From the human T2T-CHM13v2.0 reference genome, Homo sapiens, in the NCBI RefSeq assembly GCF_009914755.1, contig NC_060925.1: DNA of 64,000 nucleotides. The stretch is one strand, 5' to 3'. Every line of letters starts with the position of its first letter. The stretch's first letter is position 1. Below the pieces are notes generated by a model. That model did no database searches, was not told the origin of the DNA, and saw only the letters and a list, made by a program, of their open reading frames with translations. This document shows positions 17,775 to 33,005 of the stretch, one piece after another. The translations under genes and the position numbers were made by a program.

Positions 17775-18069
17775 TTTTAAATGTCTGATCTAGTATAGCT
17801 CAAAGGTCCCATCTGGTTTGAAAAATTGAGATTATTAATAAAAGAATAAAAATTAGAAGAAGGAAAATAGTCTCAGCAAAATGGACTTAAAATTTTAGGA
17901 ATGTTTTCTAGACATACTGGTTTGGGCCCAAAAAACTACCTACAGGGAAAGGTTCTCCTAATTATTTTGCCAGTACAGAACCACTTGAAACCACATGGCA
18001 GTGGTCACCTTGAGCTTGTGGAAAATAGCTGGCCCCTCCAGTTTTCAATTTAACTTGAAAGCAGAATGG

Positions 18070-18780
18070 ATCTCTGATGATTGGTGATGACAAGCATCTT
18101 TTCATATGTGTATTGGCTATTTGTATATCATCTTTGGAGACATGTCTATTCAGACTTTTGCTCATTTTAAAATCAGCTTATTTGATGTTTTTGTAATTGT
18201 AGGAGCTCTTTACATATTCCGGATATTAACCCTCATTAAATCTATGATTAACAAATATTTCCTTTTATTCTGTAAACTTTTTTTTTTCAAGTTTGGGTCT
18301 CTCTCTGTCACTCAGGCTGGTGTGCAGTGGCATGATCATGTCTCATGGCAGCCTTGAACCCCTGGGTTCAAGCAATCCTTTTGTTTCAGCCTCCCAAGTA
18401 GCTGAGACCACAGGCACACACTACCAAAACTAGCTAATTAAAATTTTCTTTTTGTAGAAACAGGATCTCACTATGTTACCCAGGCTCGTCTCAAACCCCT
18501 GGCCTCACGTAATCTTCCTACCTTGGCCCCCCAAAGTGCTGAGATTACAGGTGTAAGCCACCATAACCAGGCTTATAAATTGCATTTTCACCCTCTTGTG
18601 TTCTTTGATGCACAAAAGTTCTTAAGTTTGCTATAGTTTCATTTGTCTGTTTTTTTTTATTTTGTTGCCTGTACTTTTGGCGTCATAGCCAAGAAATTCA
18701 TGGCCAAGTTTAATGTCATTAAATTTTTCCACCATGTTTTCTTCTAGGAGTGTTGTAGTTTGGGGTCTTATGCTTAGAAG
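18070..18780 (-). mobile_element. Old L1M fragment with AluJ insertion (18278-18572)
   Basis: Antisense ORF2 homology; antisense Alu. Confidence 0.8.
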
Positions 18781-19012
18781 GTGCTGCTTTGAGACCCAGA
18801 GAAGACCTTGATCTTTTCATTTGAATAACTATCTTCATCCATCAGCTTAATGGATCATTTCAACCCTCAAGGCTAATATTCTAAGGGGAGCAAGAGAGTT
18901 CCCCTTATTCTAAGATAACTTATCCCCACCACTGCCCCACCTCTGACCAAACCTTCATGTCCAATAGCCCTGCTGTTTCTTTGTGCAGTTGCAAAGGGGG
19001 AGATGTATGTCA

Positions 19013-19458
<446 letters not shown>

Positions 19459-19965
19459 TTACAGTAAAGTGATTTGAAGAAATTTTGTAATGAGACCCAG
19501 GATAGAGAGGATACAATTATGTCTACTTTCTACTTTCATATTTAGGCCCAGAGTCTTTGTTCCGTTACAGAATTGTGACCTTCCAGATAAGTCTAAGATA
19601 ACCAATTTGTGGAAGACAGCACATTTCTATGACAACCAACATATGAAAGTATAGGTGAAGACCAGAAGAAGGGCCAAGAAGATTATGTGTTGTAATAACT
19701 TCCTGCTCTTTCAGGGACAAAGGAAAAGAGATTCAACTAATCCCAGAACTTTGGTAACAAAATTCCAGGCAAAGTTAACAAGTATGTTCCAAGTGTGATC
19801 CATAGGAATAATGGCAAAACAGTGGGACTTTCACTAAGCTGGAACTGTTTTTCTCCCAAAATAGCTAAAACCAACACAATGTGCAACTACAAATATTCCT
19901 CTATTTTGTGAAGATGATGCCATCTAACCAACATGAGAAATTCATATTACTAACATCAAGGATGT

Positions 19966-20262
19966 GGGGGCAGGTGCAGTGTCTCACACCTGTAATCCCA
20001 GCACTTTTGGAGGCCAAAGAGGGAGGACTGCTTGAAGCCAGGAGTTTGAAACCAGCCTGGGCAACAAAACAAGACCCCATCTTTACAAAAAAAAAAATTA
20101 TTTAACTTAGCCGGGTGAGGTGGTGCACATCTGTGCTTCCAGCTACTCAGTAGGCTGGGCTGGAGGAGCATTTGGAACCAGGTTTTAAAGGCTGTAATCA
20201 TACCACTGCACTCCAGCCTGGGTGACAGAGTGAGGCTCTGTCTCAAAAAAAAAAAAAAAAAA
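19966..20262 (+). mobile_element. AluJ
   Basis: Diverged dimer with poly-A. Confidence 0.9.
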
Positions 20263-20276
20263 GGTAAACCTACTTC

Positions 20277-22265
20277 TTTTTTTTTAATTTTTAATTTTTG
20301 TGGGTAAATAGTAGGTGTATTTATTTATGGGGTATATGAGATGTTTTGATACAGGCATGCAATATGTCATAATTGCATAATGGAGAATGGGGTATCCATC
20401 CCCTCAAACATTTATCCTTTTTACAAACCACCCAATTATACTCTTCTCATTATTTTAAAATGTGCTGGTTAAGTTATTATTGACTATAGTCACCCTGTTG
20501 TGCTGTCAAATAGGAGGTCTTATTCATTCTATTTTTTTGTACCCATTAACCATCCCCACTTCCCCCCACCACCAGCCCCTCACTACCCTTCCCAGCCTCT
20601 GGTAATCATCCTTCTACTCTCTATGTCCATGAATTCAGTTGTTTTGATTTTTAGATCCCACAAAGAAGTGAGAACATGCAATGTTTGTGTTTCTGTGCCT
20701 GGCTTATTTCACTTAACATAATGATCTCCAATTTGGTCCACGTTGTTACAGATGACAGGATATCATTCTTTTTTACAGATTAACAGTACTCCCTTGTATA
20801 TATGTATCACATTTTCTTTATTCATTCATCTGTTGATGGACACTTAGGTTGCTTCCAAATATTGGCTATTGTGAACAGTGCTGCTGCAAAGAGTGTCTCT
20901 GCAAACAGATATCTCTTCCATATATTGATTTCCTTTCTTTTGGGTATATACTCAGCAGTGAGATTGCTGGATCATGTGGTAGCTCTATTTTTCGTTTTTT
21001 TAAGGAACTTCCAAACTGTTCTCCATAGTGGTTGAATTAATTTACACTTCCACCAATGGTGGAAAGCTTCCCTTTTCTCCACGTCCTCGCCAGCATGTTA
21101 TTGCCTGTCTTTTGTATGTAAGCCTTTTAAACTGGGGTGAGATATCTCATCGTTGTTTTGTTTTGCATCTCTCTGATGATCAGTGATGGTGAGCACCTTT
21201 TCATATGCCTGTTTGCCATTTATGTGTCTTCTTTTGAGAAATGTCTATTCAAATATTTTGCCTATTTTTTAATTGGATACTTAGATTTTTTTCCTATAGA
21301 GTTCTTTGAGCTCTTTATATATTCTGGTTATTAATCCCTTGTCAGATGGGTCGTTTGCAAATATTTTCTCCCATTTTGTGGGTTGTCTCTTGACTTTGTT
21401 GATTGTTTCCTTTGCCATGCAGAAGCTTTTTAACTTGATGTCATCTCATTTGTCCATGTTTGCTTTGGTTGCCTGTGGTTGTGGGGTATTGCTCAAGAAA
21501 TCTTTGCCCAGACCCAATGTCTTGGACATTTTCCCTGAGGTTTTCTTGTCATAGTTTCATAGTTTCAGGTCTTAGATTTAAGTGTTTAATCCATTTTAAT
21601 TTGACGTTTCTATAGGTCAAAAGATAAGGATCTAGTTTCATTCTTCTGCATATGAATATCCAGTTTTCCCAGCACCATTTATTGAAGAGACTATCTTTTC
21701 CCCAGTGTATGTTTTTGGCACCTTTGTTGAAAATGAGTTCACTGTAGGTGTGTGGATTTGTTTCTGGGTTCTCTATTCTCTTCCATTGGTCTATGTGTCT
21801 GTTTTTACGCCAGTACCATGCTGTTTTGTTTCCTATAGCTCTGTAGTATAACTTGAAGTTAGGTACTGCAGATTTGTTCTTTGTTCTTAGGATAGCTTTG
21901 GTTATTCTAGGTCTTTTGTGGTTTTATATAAATTATAGGTTTTTTTTCTATTTCTGTGAAGAATGTCATTGGTTTACACTGAATCTGTAGATTGGGTAGT
22001 ATGGACATTTTAGCAATATTGAATTTTCCAGTCCATGAACATGGAATATCTTTCCAGTTTTTGGTGTCCTCTTCAATTTCTTTCATTTGTGTTTTATAGT
22101 TTTCATTACAGAGAGATCTTTCACTTATTTGGTTAAGTTGATTGCTAAGTATTTAATTTTTTGTGGCTATTGTAAATGGAATTACTTTTTTCATTTCTTT
22201 TTCAGATTGTTCACTGCTGGCATATAGAAATGCTGATTTTTGTATGTTGATTTTGTATGATTTTA
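20277..22265 (-). mobile_element. L1MA (MA1-3-like) 3' ~2 kb
   Basis: 'ttttgatacaggcatgcaat...ggggtatccatcccctcaa' 3'UTR followed by antisense ORF2. Confidence 0.92.
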
Positions 22266-25200
22266 TTTCTTGTGAAATATTAACTCTGGCCGTTATTATG
22301 CTAAAAATGATGCATTTTCCTCTCTTCCTGTTCTGGGTTCCATTACAAACATTCTCCACATTCACTAACAATGAATGGTACCATTATAAAATGTCTTATT
22401 CCTAGTCCTTAAATTTCTTCTCTGGCCCTGGGAGAAGTTAAAGGAGTGGATAGGAAAAAGCATGTACTCTAATACACATGCGTAGAGAGAAAGGAAATCC
22501 CGTAGTAGCTTGGTGGGCTGGGTGGGATGGGATTGGGTACCTTGATGTGAAACTGAGAAATCTAGCCCACTTCTTTCCTGAGACTTTATTCATATAATTA
22601 AACTTATTACAAGTCCTTACAACTTCTCTAAAAGTCCAAATTCCTTACTGACATTTCTCAGTTTAGACCTATAGTATTTTAGCCCATATCAACTTTTCTT
22701 TATTCTGCTCTGTAATTCTAAACCTGAGGGTCTACATACTACTTTTCCCAGAATTCCTTGACAACTGGCTGTTGTTGTTGTTGTTGTTATTTTTTGCCAG
22801 TAGAGGACACTGGCAGGACGTAGAAAATAAAAAGATGGAGAATCCATTCTTCCTCCTTCTTATCCGCTTCTAGAACTCCTCCGCAAGTGGCTGTATCCTT
22901 CCGCAACCCACATTCTCTCCATAGTAGCGGCAACAGCCATGAGTTCTAGCATAGCCAAACAGCCTTTCTCTGCACATTTGGACTCCGGTAACACCAGATT
23001 CATCCTTTTGTCTCCCAGGCCTAAGAACTGTAGTCGCTTCATGCAGTTACTAAACTGTTGTTTACTAACCACTCCACCCCCTTTTTATTATAAATCTCTC
23101 TCTCTCATTCCCTTACCCATGTAACCAATTCCTTGTATTAAATTCCTTCTGTTTAAAATATCTAGAAATATTTCGGTTTTTTTTTTTTACTTGGATCCTG
23201 ATTAACTCCAACCTACCTTTCTAGTCTTACCGCCTTCTTACCACTAAAATCAAACACTACCTCTTACACTGACCCACATATTATATGCTCCAGTCATATT
23301 GTACTTGCTCCCCTTTCACCTAAGTCATATGCCACTTTAAAAAAAAAATCAGGAACAACTTGGATCAAACAAAACTAACCTTTCAGATTTACCACAGGAA
23401 GAAAGAATATTGCCATGATAGAGTCTTTGTATTATCAATCCACCTTCTGTTAATAATTTTGAAAGTTTTGTTATCAGATTAAGAATTTGTGGGGCTGGGG
23501 CTGGGGAAGACTGAGGATATAGTTACTTTTAGTCGTAGAGAAATAAAATTACATTTGCACCTGTGAATACTTAATGAAAATCGTACTTGCACCATCCCAC
23601 ATCAAATTAATTTCTTTTTTCTCTTTCCATTGCTCTCCCTTACCTTTGAATTTTAACATAGACTTTGGCATAATAAACTTACTGTTCCTCAGTTTAATTA
23701 CTCAAGAAAAAGACATAAGTTCTATGACCTGGTAGTTGGTAATTTTGCTTTGATGTGAATTTGATCATGAATTCTTTGCAGATGGTGCAAAACCAGAATG
23801 GCTTATTGATGAGTGAGGCTGGCAGAGCGGTGCCTCCTACATTTCTCTATAGGAGGGACTTAGAGGATACAATCCGGCTTTTAGGGCTTGCTTGGCCAAC
23901 ATTACGTTAACTTTGATCAAGAAAAATAGCAACATTTTCTTAAGATACATGTATTCATTCTTTATATTAGAATCAGAGAATGTCAATTGTCCATATCAAA
24001 TAATTCTTTTTATTGTTATTGTTATTAATTGAATGTCATGGAAGGGGACATTTAGAAAGGGAAGTATTTGCTCTCTACTGCTATTACTGCTAGCTGACCG
24101 CAAGACCAGAATCTGAGCTCAATGTGGCTCTGTTGTTCTCTTCTCATTACCAAGTATATAGTAGCTTTAAGGATGTAACAAAAATATTCTGTGTGAGAAG
24201 AAATCCAACTGACAGTGCTGATGATAAAGAGACAGTGCTGCAATAGACAGAACTAAAGTCTGAGAAAGTGAAAGTATTCACATTTGAGGATTAGCAACTG
24301 TTTCAGATACATCACCTGTGAATGTCAAGAAACTACTCTAAAATGTAGATTGCAGAAAATTTGGAAAGAGGAGGGGCACACCCATAATCCCATAATTCCA
24401 AAACAACAAGATGAACATTTTGGAATATATATTTCCAGCTGGTTGGTTTTCTATGTTTTGAATACTGAGGTGATAGTATCCTACCTTTTTTATCGAACAT
24501 ATCAATAAAAAACTGCCAATAGATAACTTTTAACAGACCTATTCCACTGTGTTGAAGTAATACAATTTACTTAATAATTGTCCTAATCAACCATGAATTT
24601 TCTAATTTTATTACCATCATAAATAACACTATAGTGACCATTTTATAAATGAATTTAACTGAAATTTCACAATCTTAGGGATATGTGTGTATATATGTAT
24701 ATCTGTGAACACATACATGTACATAGATATACATACATATGTGTATGTGTATGCATATAAGTGGAACTATTAAAAGATTGTGAATATTTTAAAATGTATT
24801 AATTCATATTACAAAATGCTTTCCAGAGAGATTAGTCTAATTTGTATCCCCAGTAGCTGTATAAGAGAGTATTTATCTCACTATACTCTTGCTAATATTG
24901 AGTATTATCACTTTTAATAATTAGATCTTAGTGATGATACGACAGAAAAATCTAATTCATTCTGATCTAAATCTGCTTTGCAATGTTTTAATAACTATTT
25001 GTTGAATAAACTGTTCTTTCACCACTGATTTATCTCTTTTATTCTTAAATGATTGTATAGAATACAGTCTTTATGGACTCTTCCTGTCCTATCTGTCTAA
25101 TTTTTGTACAGATACCACAAACACTTATTTACTGTAATTTCATAATGTGTTTTGCTCTCTGATAGCACGTCATTAGTCTTTTTAGCATAGTTCTAAGCTA

Positions 25201-26073
25201 ATTTCACCTTTTTAGAACACTTTTGGTTTTACTTCTGCTATAGCACATTGTGTTTTACCTTAAATTATGGCTGCATAACTTATCTCCCAGAAGAAACAGA
25301 AAACTCATTGAAGGTGGAGATTTTAAAATCTTTTTTACTGTGTCCCTTTCCAAATCACAGTTATTTACTCAAAAAAATATAGCAAAACCTTTCAACTGCA
25401 GGCAAATGGTTTGTTAGAATCAACTTCAAAACAGTCCGTATTCTCTTCCCTTCTGAATTTCCTGGAATCTTGAAGAAGCTCCTTCATCACCTCTATTTCA
25501 CATCCCTCAATCACACCAGTCATATCCAACAATTCCTTAAGCAAGAACATAAAGAACTGATAATTGCTTCTGAGGGTAATTTGTTCGACACACTGACCTA
25601 TATATATCGAACCCACTAATAAGCACTATTGAAAGACAAACTAATAGATCATTATTATTATACAGGCTAAATGGAGATATAGCTAAATAGTAATGAATTT
25701 TATTTGGTAATTGCCCACATAAGAGAAAAAATTATCATTTAAAAGAACTGTAGTTACTAATTAGTTACTAACTCTACCTGTCATCTGTGACTTTTATTGT
25801 CTCTAAAAATAGTACAGATGTTCATTGGAGACATCCACAAACCAAATAAGTGGCCCTTTATTTGTTTAAGAAATTAATTTGATCAAAGAAGTAGTTTCTA
25901 AATCAAAGTATTCTTTGGAAACACCTAATGATTTAAAACATAGATTCCTTGATACCATATAGAAAGTTTGACTTCATAAAGCCAGGGTTGGAACCAGGAA
26001 TCTGTTTTGGTTTTTTTCCTTTTTAAACTCCCTAGATGATTCTAATATAGCTGTTTGGGAACTACTAGGTTAG

Positions 26074-26354
<281 letters not shown>

Positions 26355-27436
26355 CGCTCTATTTTTTTAAGACATAAATATTCTACAAGATGCCATTCAA
26401 AATCATTAGGTGTTATAGGGGGCCCAGAGGAGTTGATTCCCAGGTAACTTGACATTTTCATAGAAGTGACAAGAAAAATAGACAAGGGGCATCCATGCCG
26501 GAATCATTTATCTTTCAAATCTTCATAGGATGTACTTTTAACTCTTGGATCAGAACAGCATGCCTGGGACTGGTCTTCATGTAAGAAGCGGAGGGAATTC
26601 CAGATTGAATTGAAGGACACCAGACAGGTACCATCCCTTGCCATCCACTCCCACTCCACCAGCCTTTTTGGCAAATTATCTCCCCTATTGCCATTATAAC
26701 AGAAATCTTATATTTAAAACTTGATTCCTTCCAGTTACTCCCTAATTATTCTATTCACTCTATATCATAACTGAACATCCATAATTACTAGACAGGATGC
26801 TAATCTCTGGCAAGAGGGCCATAAGCAACTCAATCTCGATCCTCGGGGAGTTGAAATCCAGAGTGGGATGCAGCCCTCTTCATCTATAACACAGCAATGA
26901 TATGTGCAGTGAAAGAAGAGGGCTCTGAACCCAGATGAGAAGGTGAAATGAAGTGAGGACCCACAGGCACACCATATTAATTGTGCTCCGCTTTATTGCG
27001 CTTCATTATATTGCAATTCACAGATAGTGCATTTCTTTACAAATTAAAGGTTTGTGGCAACGCTGCGCTGAGCGGGTCTATTGGCACCATTTTTCCAACA
27101 ACATATACTCAATTCATGTCTCTGTCATATTTTGGCAATTCTCACGATATTTCAAACTTGTTCATTATTATTATATCTGTTACAGTGATCTGTGATCAAC
27201 GATCTCCGATGTTTCTGTGGTAATTGTTTTGGGCAGCATAGACCACACCTATATAAGATGGTGAACTTAACTGATCAATGCTGGATGGGTTCTGACTGAT
27301 CCACCGACCGACTTCCCCCTCTTTCTTCCTTTCCTCAGGCCTCCCTATTACCTAAGACACAAAAATATTGAAATTAGGCCAATTAATAACCTACAATGGC
27401 CTCTAAGCATTCAAGTGAAAGAGCCACACATCCCTC

Positions 27437-27744
<308 letters not shown>

Positions 27745-28267
27745 TCATCTCTCATTTTAAATCAAAAACTAGAAATGATTAAGCTTTGTGAGAAAGGCGT
27801 GTCAAAAGCTGAGATAGGCTGAAAGCTAGGCCTCTTGCATCTAGCAGCCAACTTGTGAATGCAAAGAAAAAGATCTTGAATGAAATTAAAAGTGCTACTT
27901 CAGTGAACACGTGAATGATAAGAAAGAGAAACAGCATAATTGCTGATATAGAGAAAGTTTGAGTGGTCTGGGTAGAAGATCAAACCAGCCACAACATTCC
28001 CTTAAGCCAAAGCCTAATCTAGAGCAAGGGCCTAACTCTCTTCAATTCTATGAAGGCTGAGAGAGGTGAGGAAGCTGCAGAAGAAGCTTGAAGCTAGCAG
28101 AGGTTGGTTCATGAGGTTAGAAGAAAGAAGCCATTTCCATGACAGAAAAGGTGAAGTAGCAAGTGCTATTGTAAAAACTGCAACAAGTTGTCTTGAAGAT
28201 CTAGCTAAGGTCATTGATGAAGGTGGCTACACTAAACAGATTTTCCTCTCCCCCCCGCCCCCTTCAT

Positions 28268-28328
28268 GGGGGTTTTTGGATGAAAACCAGAAAACCTGCT
28301 AGACAAATTCTAAAAGAGCTATAACACT
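28268..28328 (-). pseudogene. U7 snRNA retropseudogene (RNU7-like)
   Basis: Reverse complement AGTGTTATAGCTCTTTTAGAATTTGTCTAGCAGGTTTTCTGG… matches U7 as recalled (CAGTGTTACAGCTCTTTTAGAATTTGTCTAGTAGGCTTTCTGG…); U7 Sm site intact; AGATTTTC repeated on both flanks. Confidence 0.9.
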
Positions 28329-28380
28329 AACAAAGATTTTCAGGGTAGGCAAAGCAGTCTTCTATTGAAAGAAGATGCCA

Positions 28381-30517
28381 CTTTTAAAGAATTGTCGAGC
28401 CGCCGCCGCCCGACCGCCGGGAGGATGGAGTTCAGCGGGCAGCGGAGCTGTCTCAGTCTTTGCCGCCGCGCCGGCGAGCGCCGCCCGGGAGGCAGCGGCT
28501 GGAGGAGCGGACGGGCCCCGTGGGGCCCGAGGGCAAGGAGCAGCCGCCTGCCTTGGCCTCCCAAAGTGCCGAGATTGCAGCCTCTGCCCGGCTGCCACCC
28601 CGTCTGGGAAGTGAGGAGTGTCTCTGCCTGGCCGCCCATCGTCTGGGATGTGAGGAGCCCCTCTGCCTGGCTGCCCAGTCTGGAAAGTGAGGAGCGTCTC
28701 CGCCCGGCCGCCATCCCATCTAGGAAGTGAGGAGCGCCTCTTCCCAGCCGCCATCACATCTAGGAAGTGAGGAGCGTCTCTGCCCGGCGGCCCATCGTCT
28801 GAGATGTGGGGAGCGCCTCTGCCCCGCCGCCCCATCTGGGATGTGAGGAGCGCCTCTGCCCGGCCGAGACCCCGTCTGGGAGGTGAGGAGCGTCTCTGCC
28901 CGGCCGCCCCGTCTGAGAAGTGAGGAGACCCTCTGCCTGGCAACCACCCCGTCTGAGAAGTGAGGAGCCCCTCAGCCCGGCAGCTGCCCCGTCTGAGAAG
29001 TGAGGAGCCTCTCCGCCCGGCAGCCACCCCATCTGGGAAGTGAGGAGCGTCTCCGCCCGGCAGCCACCCCGTCCGGGAGGGAGGTGGGGGGGGGTCAGCC
29101 CCCCCGCCCGGCCAGCCGCCCCATCCGGGAGGGAGGTGGGGGGTCAGCCCCCCCGCCCGGCCAGCCGTGCCATCCGGGAGGGAGGTGGGGGGGTCAGCCC
29201 CCCGCCTGGCCAGCCGTGCCGTCTGGGAGGGAGGTGGGGGGGTCAGCCCCCCGCCCGGCCAGCCGCCCCATCCGGGAGGTGAGGGGCGCCTCTGCCCGGC
29301 CGCCCCTACTGGGAAGTGAGGAGCCCCTCAGCCCGGCCAGCCACCCCGTCCGGGAGGGAGGTGGGGGGGTCAGCCCCCCGCCCGGCCAGCCGCCCTGTCC
29401 GGGAGGGAGGTGGGGGGGTCAGCCCTCCGCCCGGCCAGCCGCCCTGTCTGGGAGGTGAGGGGAGCCTCTGCCCGGCCGCCCCTACTGGGAAGTGAGGAGC
29501 CCCTCTGCCCGGCCAGCCGCCCCGTCCGGGAGGGAGGTGGGGGGGTCGGCCCCCCGCCCGGCCAGCCGCCCCGTCCGGGAGGGAGGTGGGGGGTCGGCCC
29601 CCCGCCCGGCCAGCCGCCCCGTCCGGGAGGGAGGTGGGGGGTCGGCCCCCCGCCCGGCCAGCCGCCCCGTCCGGGAGGGAGGTGGGGGGGGTCGGCCCCC
29701 CTGCCTGGCCAGCCGCCCCGTCCAGGAGGTGAGGGGCGCCTCTGCCCGGCCGCCCCTACTGGGAAGTGAGGAGCCCCTCTGCCCGGCCAGCCGCCCCGTC
29801 CGGGAGGGAGGTTGGGGGGTCAGCCCCCCGCCCGGCCAGCCGCCCCGTCCGGGAGGGAGGTGGGGGGGGTCAGCCCCCCTGCCGGGCCAGCCGCCCCGTC
29901 CGGGAGGTGAGGGGCGCCTCTGCCCGGCCGCCCCTACTGGGAAGTGAGGAGCCCCTCTGCCCGGCCACCACCCCGTCTGGGAGGTGTGCCCAACAGCTCA
30001 TTGAGAACGGGCCAGGATGACAATGGCGGCTTTGTGGAATAGAAAGGCGGGAAAGGTGGGGAAAAGATTGAGAAATCGGATGGTTGCCGTGTCTGTGTAG
30101 AAAGAAGTAGACATGGGAGACTTTTCATTTTGTTCTGCACTAAGAAAAATTCCTCTGCCTTGGGATCCTGTTGATCTGTGACCTTACCCCCAACCCTGTG
30201 CTCTCTGAAACATGTGCTGTGTCCACTCAGGGTTAAATGGATTAAGGGCGGTGCAAGATGTGCTTTGTTAAACAGATGCTTGAAGGCAGCATGCTCGTTA
30301 AGAGTCATCACCAATCCCTAATCTCAAGTAATCAGGGACACAAACACTGCGGAAGGCCGCAGGGTCCTCTGCCTAGGAAAACCAGAGACCTTTGTTCACT
30401 TGTTTATCTGCTGACCTTCCCTCCACTATTGTCCCATGACCCTGCCAAATCCCCCTCTGTGAGAAACACCCAAGAATTATCAATAAAAAAATAAATTAAA
30501 AAAAAAAAAAAAAAAAA
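28381..30517 (+). mobile_element. SVA_F1 (MAST2-SVA), human-specific
   Basis: MAST2 leader, partial Alu-like region, GC-rich VNTR, SINE-R, AATAAA and poly-A; TSD GAAAGAAGATGCCA at 28367-28380 and 30518-30531. Confidence 0.96.
28398..28543 (+). pseudogene. MAST2: MAST2 exon-1 fragment fused to SVA (SVA_F1 leader)
   Basis: Translates PPPPDRREDGVQRAAELSQSLPPRRRAPPGRQRLEERTGPVGPEGKEQ, matching the MAST2 N-terminus as recalled; joined at the SVA Alu-like acceptor (CAG|CCGCCTGCC). Confidence 0.92.
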
Positions 30518-30898
30518 GAAAGAAGATGCCATCTAGGATTTTCATAGCTAAAGAGGAAAAGTCCATGCCTGGCTTCACAGCTTCAAAGGACAGGCTGACT
30601 CTCTTGTTAGAGGCTAATGCAGCTGGTGACTTTAAATTGAAATCAGTGCTCATTTGCCATTCTGAAAATCCTAGAGCCCTTCAGAATTATGCTAAATCTA
30701 CTCTGCCTGTGCTCTAGAAATGGAACAGCAAAGCCTGGATGATAGCACATCTGTTTATGGTATGGTTTAATGAATATTTTAAGCCCACTGTTGAGACCTA
30801 CAGTTAAAAAGAAAAAAGATTTATTTCAAAATATTACTGACCATTGGCAATGCACCTGGTCAGCCAAGAGTTCTGATGGAGATATGCAAGAAGATTAA

Positions 30899-31197
<299 letters not shown>

Positions 31198-31366
31198 TAA
31201 TGTTTTTATGCCCACTAACACAACGTCCATTCTGCAGCCTATAGACCAAGAAGTACGTTTTACTTGCAAGTCTTATTATTTAAGAAATTCACTTCATAAG
31301 GTTGTAGCTGTCATAGTGATTCCGCTGATGGACAAAGTAAATTAAAACCAAAGCATTTGCCATTCC

Positions 31367-31799
31367 TTTTTTTTTTTTTCCCAAAGCAAAGCAGCAAAAG
31401 TTTATTACACACAGTATTACACTCTCAAAGGGGAGAGTGAACTGTGAACTCACCTCTGCAAAATGAGATCAGCCCAGTCTGGTGTAGCTTGGGTCTTTTT
31501 ATATGTTTTTTTTTTCTCTTCTCTTCCCTAGCTGTCTAATCTCTAGCCAGTTCTGTCTTTTGATTGATAGGTGGGTTGCTTCATTACTTTGGCCCTTGTG
31601 CACTTATGTATTGCCTCTATCCCATAATTTTAAGTACATGCATGATATGTAGTCCATATGCATGACCCTTGAATAGCTAATTACCATATGGGGTCATTTT
31701 AAGAATACTTTTTCTCTCTAATGTGCATGCCCATCTCTGGGAAGCTATCCCTGACAGGTTTGGAACGGATCTAGCCAGCCATGGGGGCTCCTTACTCAC
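31367..31799 (-). mobile_element. LTR-like (probably ERV1) fragment ending in poly-A
   Basis: On the - strand: TATA-like CATATAAAAAG ~31495-31505, AATAAA 31401-31406, poly-A 31367-31379. Confidence 0.6.
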
Positions 31800-32494
<695 letters not shown>

Positions 32495-32718
32495 GATTGA
32501 CCATTCTTGATGCCGTTAAGAACATTTAGGATTCATGGGAGGAGGTCAAAATGTGAACATTAACAGGAGTTTGAAAGAAGCTGATTCCAGCCCTCACGGA
32601 TGACTTTGAGAGGCTCAAGACTTCCGTGGAGGAAGTAATTGTAGATGTGGTGAACATAGCAAAAGAGATGTGGACCTTGAAGATGGGGCTAAACTGTTGT
32701 AATCTCATGATAAAACTT

Positions 32719-33005
32719 GCTCACACCTGTAATCCCAGCACTTTGGGAGGCTGAGGCAGGTGGATCACCTGAGGTCAGGAGTGCGAGATCCAGCCTGGCC
32801 AACATGGTGAAACCCCGTCTCTACTAAAAATACAAAAACACAAAAATTAGCCGGGCATGGTGGCAGATGCCTGTAATCCCAGCTACTCAGGAGGCTGAGG
32901 CAGGAGAATTGCTTGAACCCGGGAGGCAAGGTTACAGTGAGCCGAGATCGTGCCACTGCACTCCAGCCTGGGTGACAGAGTGAGACTCCATCTAAGAAAA
33001 AAAAA
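32719..33005 (+). mobile_element. AluSx-like, slightly 5'-truncated, in Tigger1
   Basis: Alu dimer; flanks aaaacttg / aaagcttg. Confidence 0.93.

Noticed and set aside
28375-28614. Possible Tigger1-MAST2 fusion protein
   Set aside because: The Tigger-derived ATG at 28375 is not in the MAST2 frame, and the upstream transposase has stops.
28600-29985. Repeat-spacer-like periodic array suggesting CRISPR
   Set aside because: SVA VNTR units with no unique spacers, in a eukaryotic context with no cas genes.
28340-30020. Many overlapping Pro/Gly/Arg-rich ORFs (also 60435-61992)
   Set aside because: Artefacts of the GC-rich SVA VNTR.
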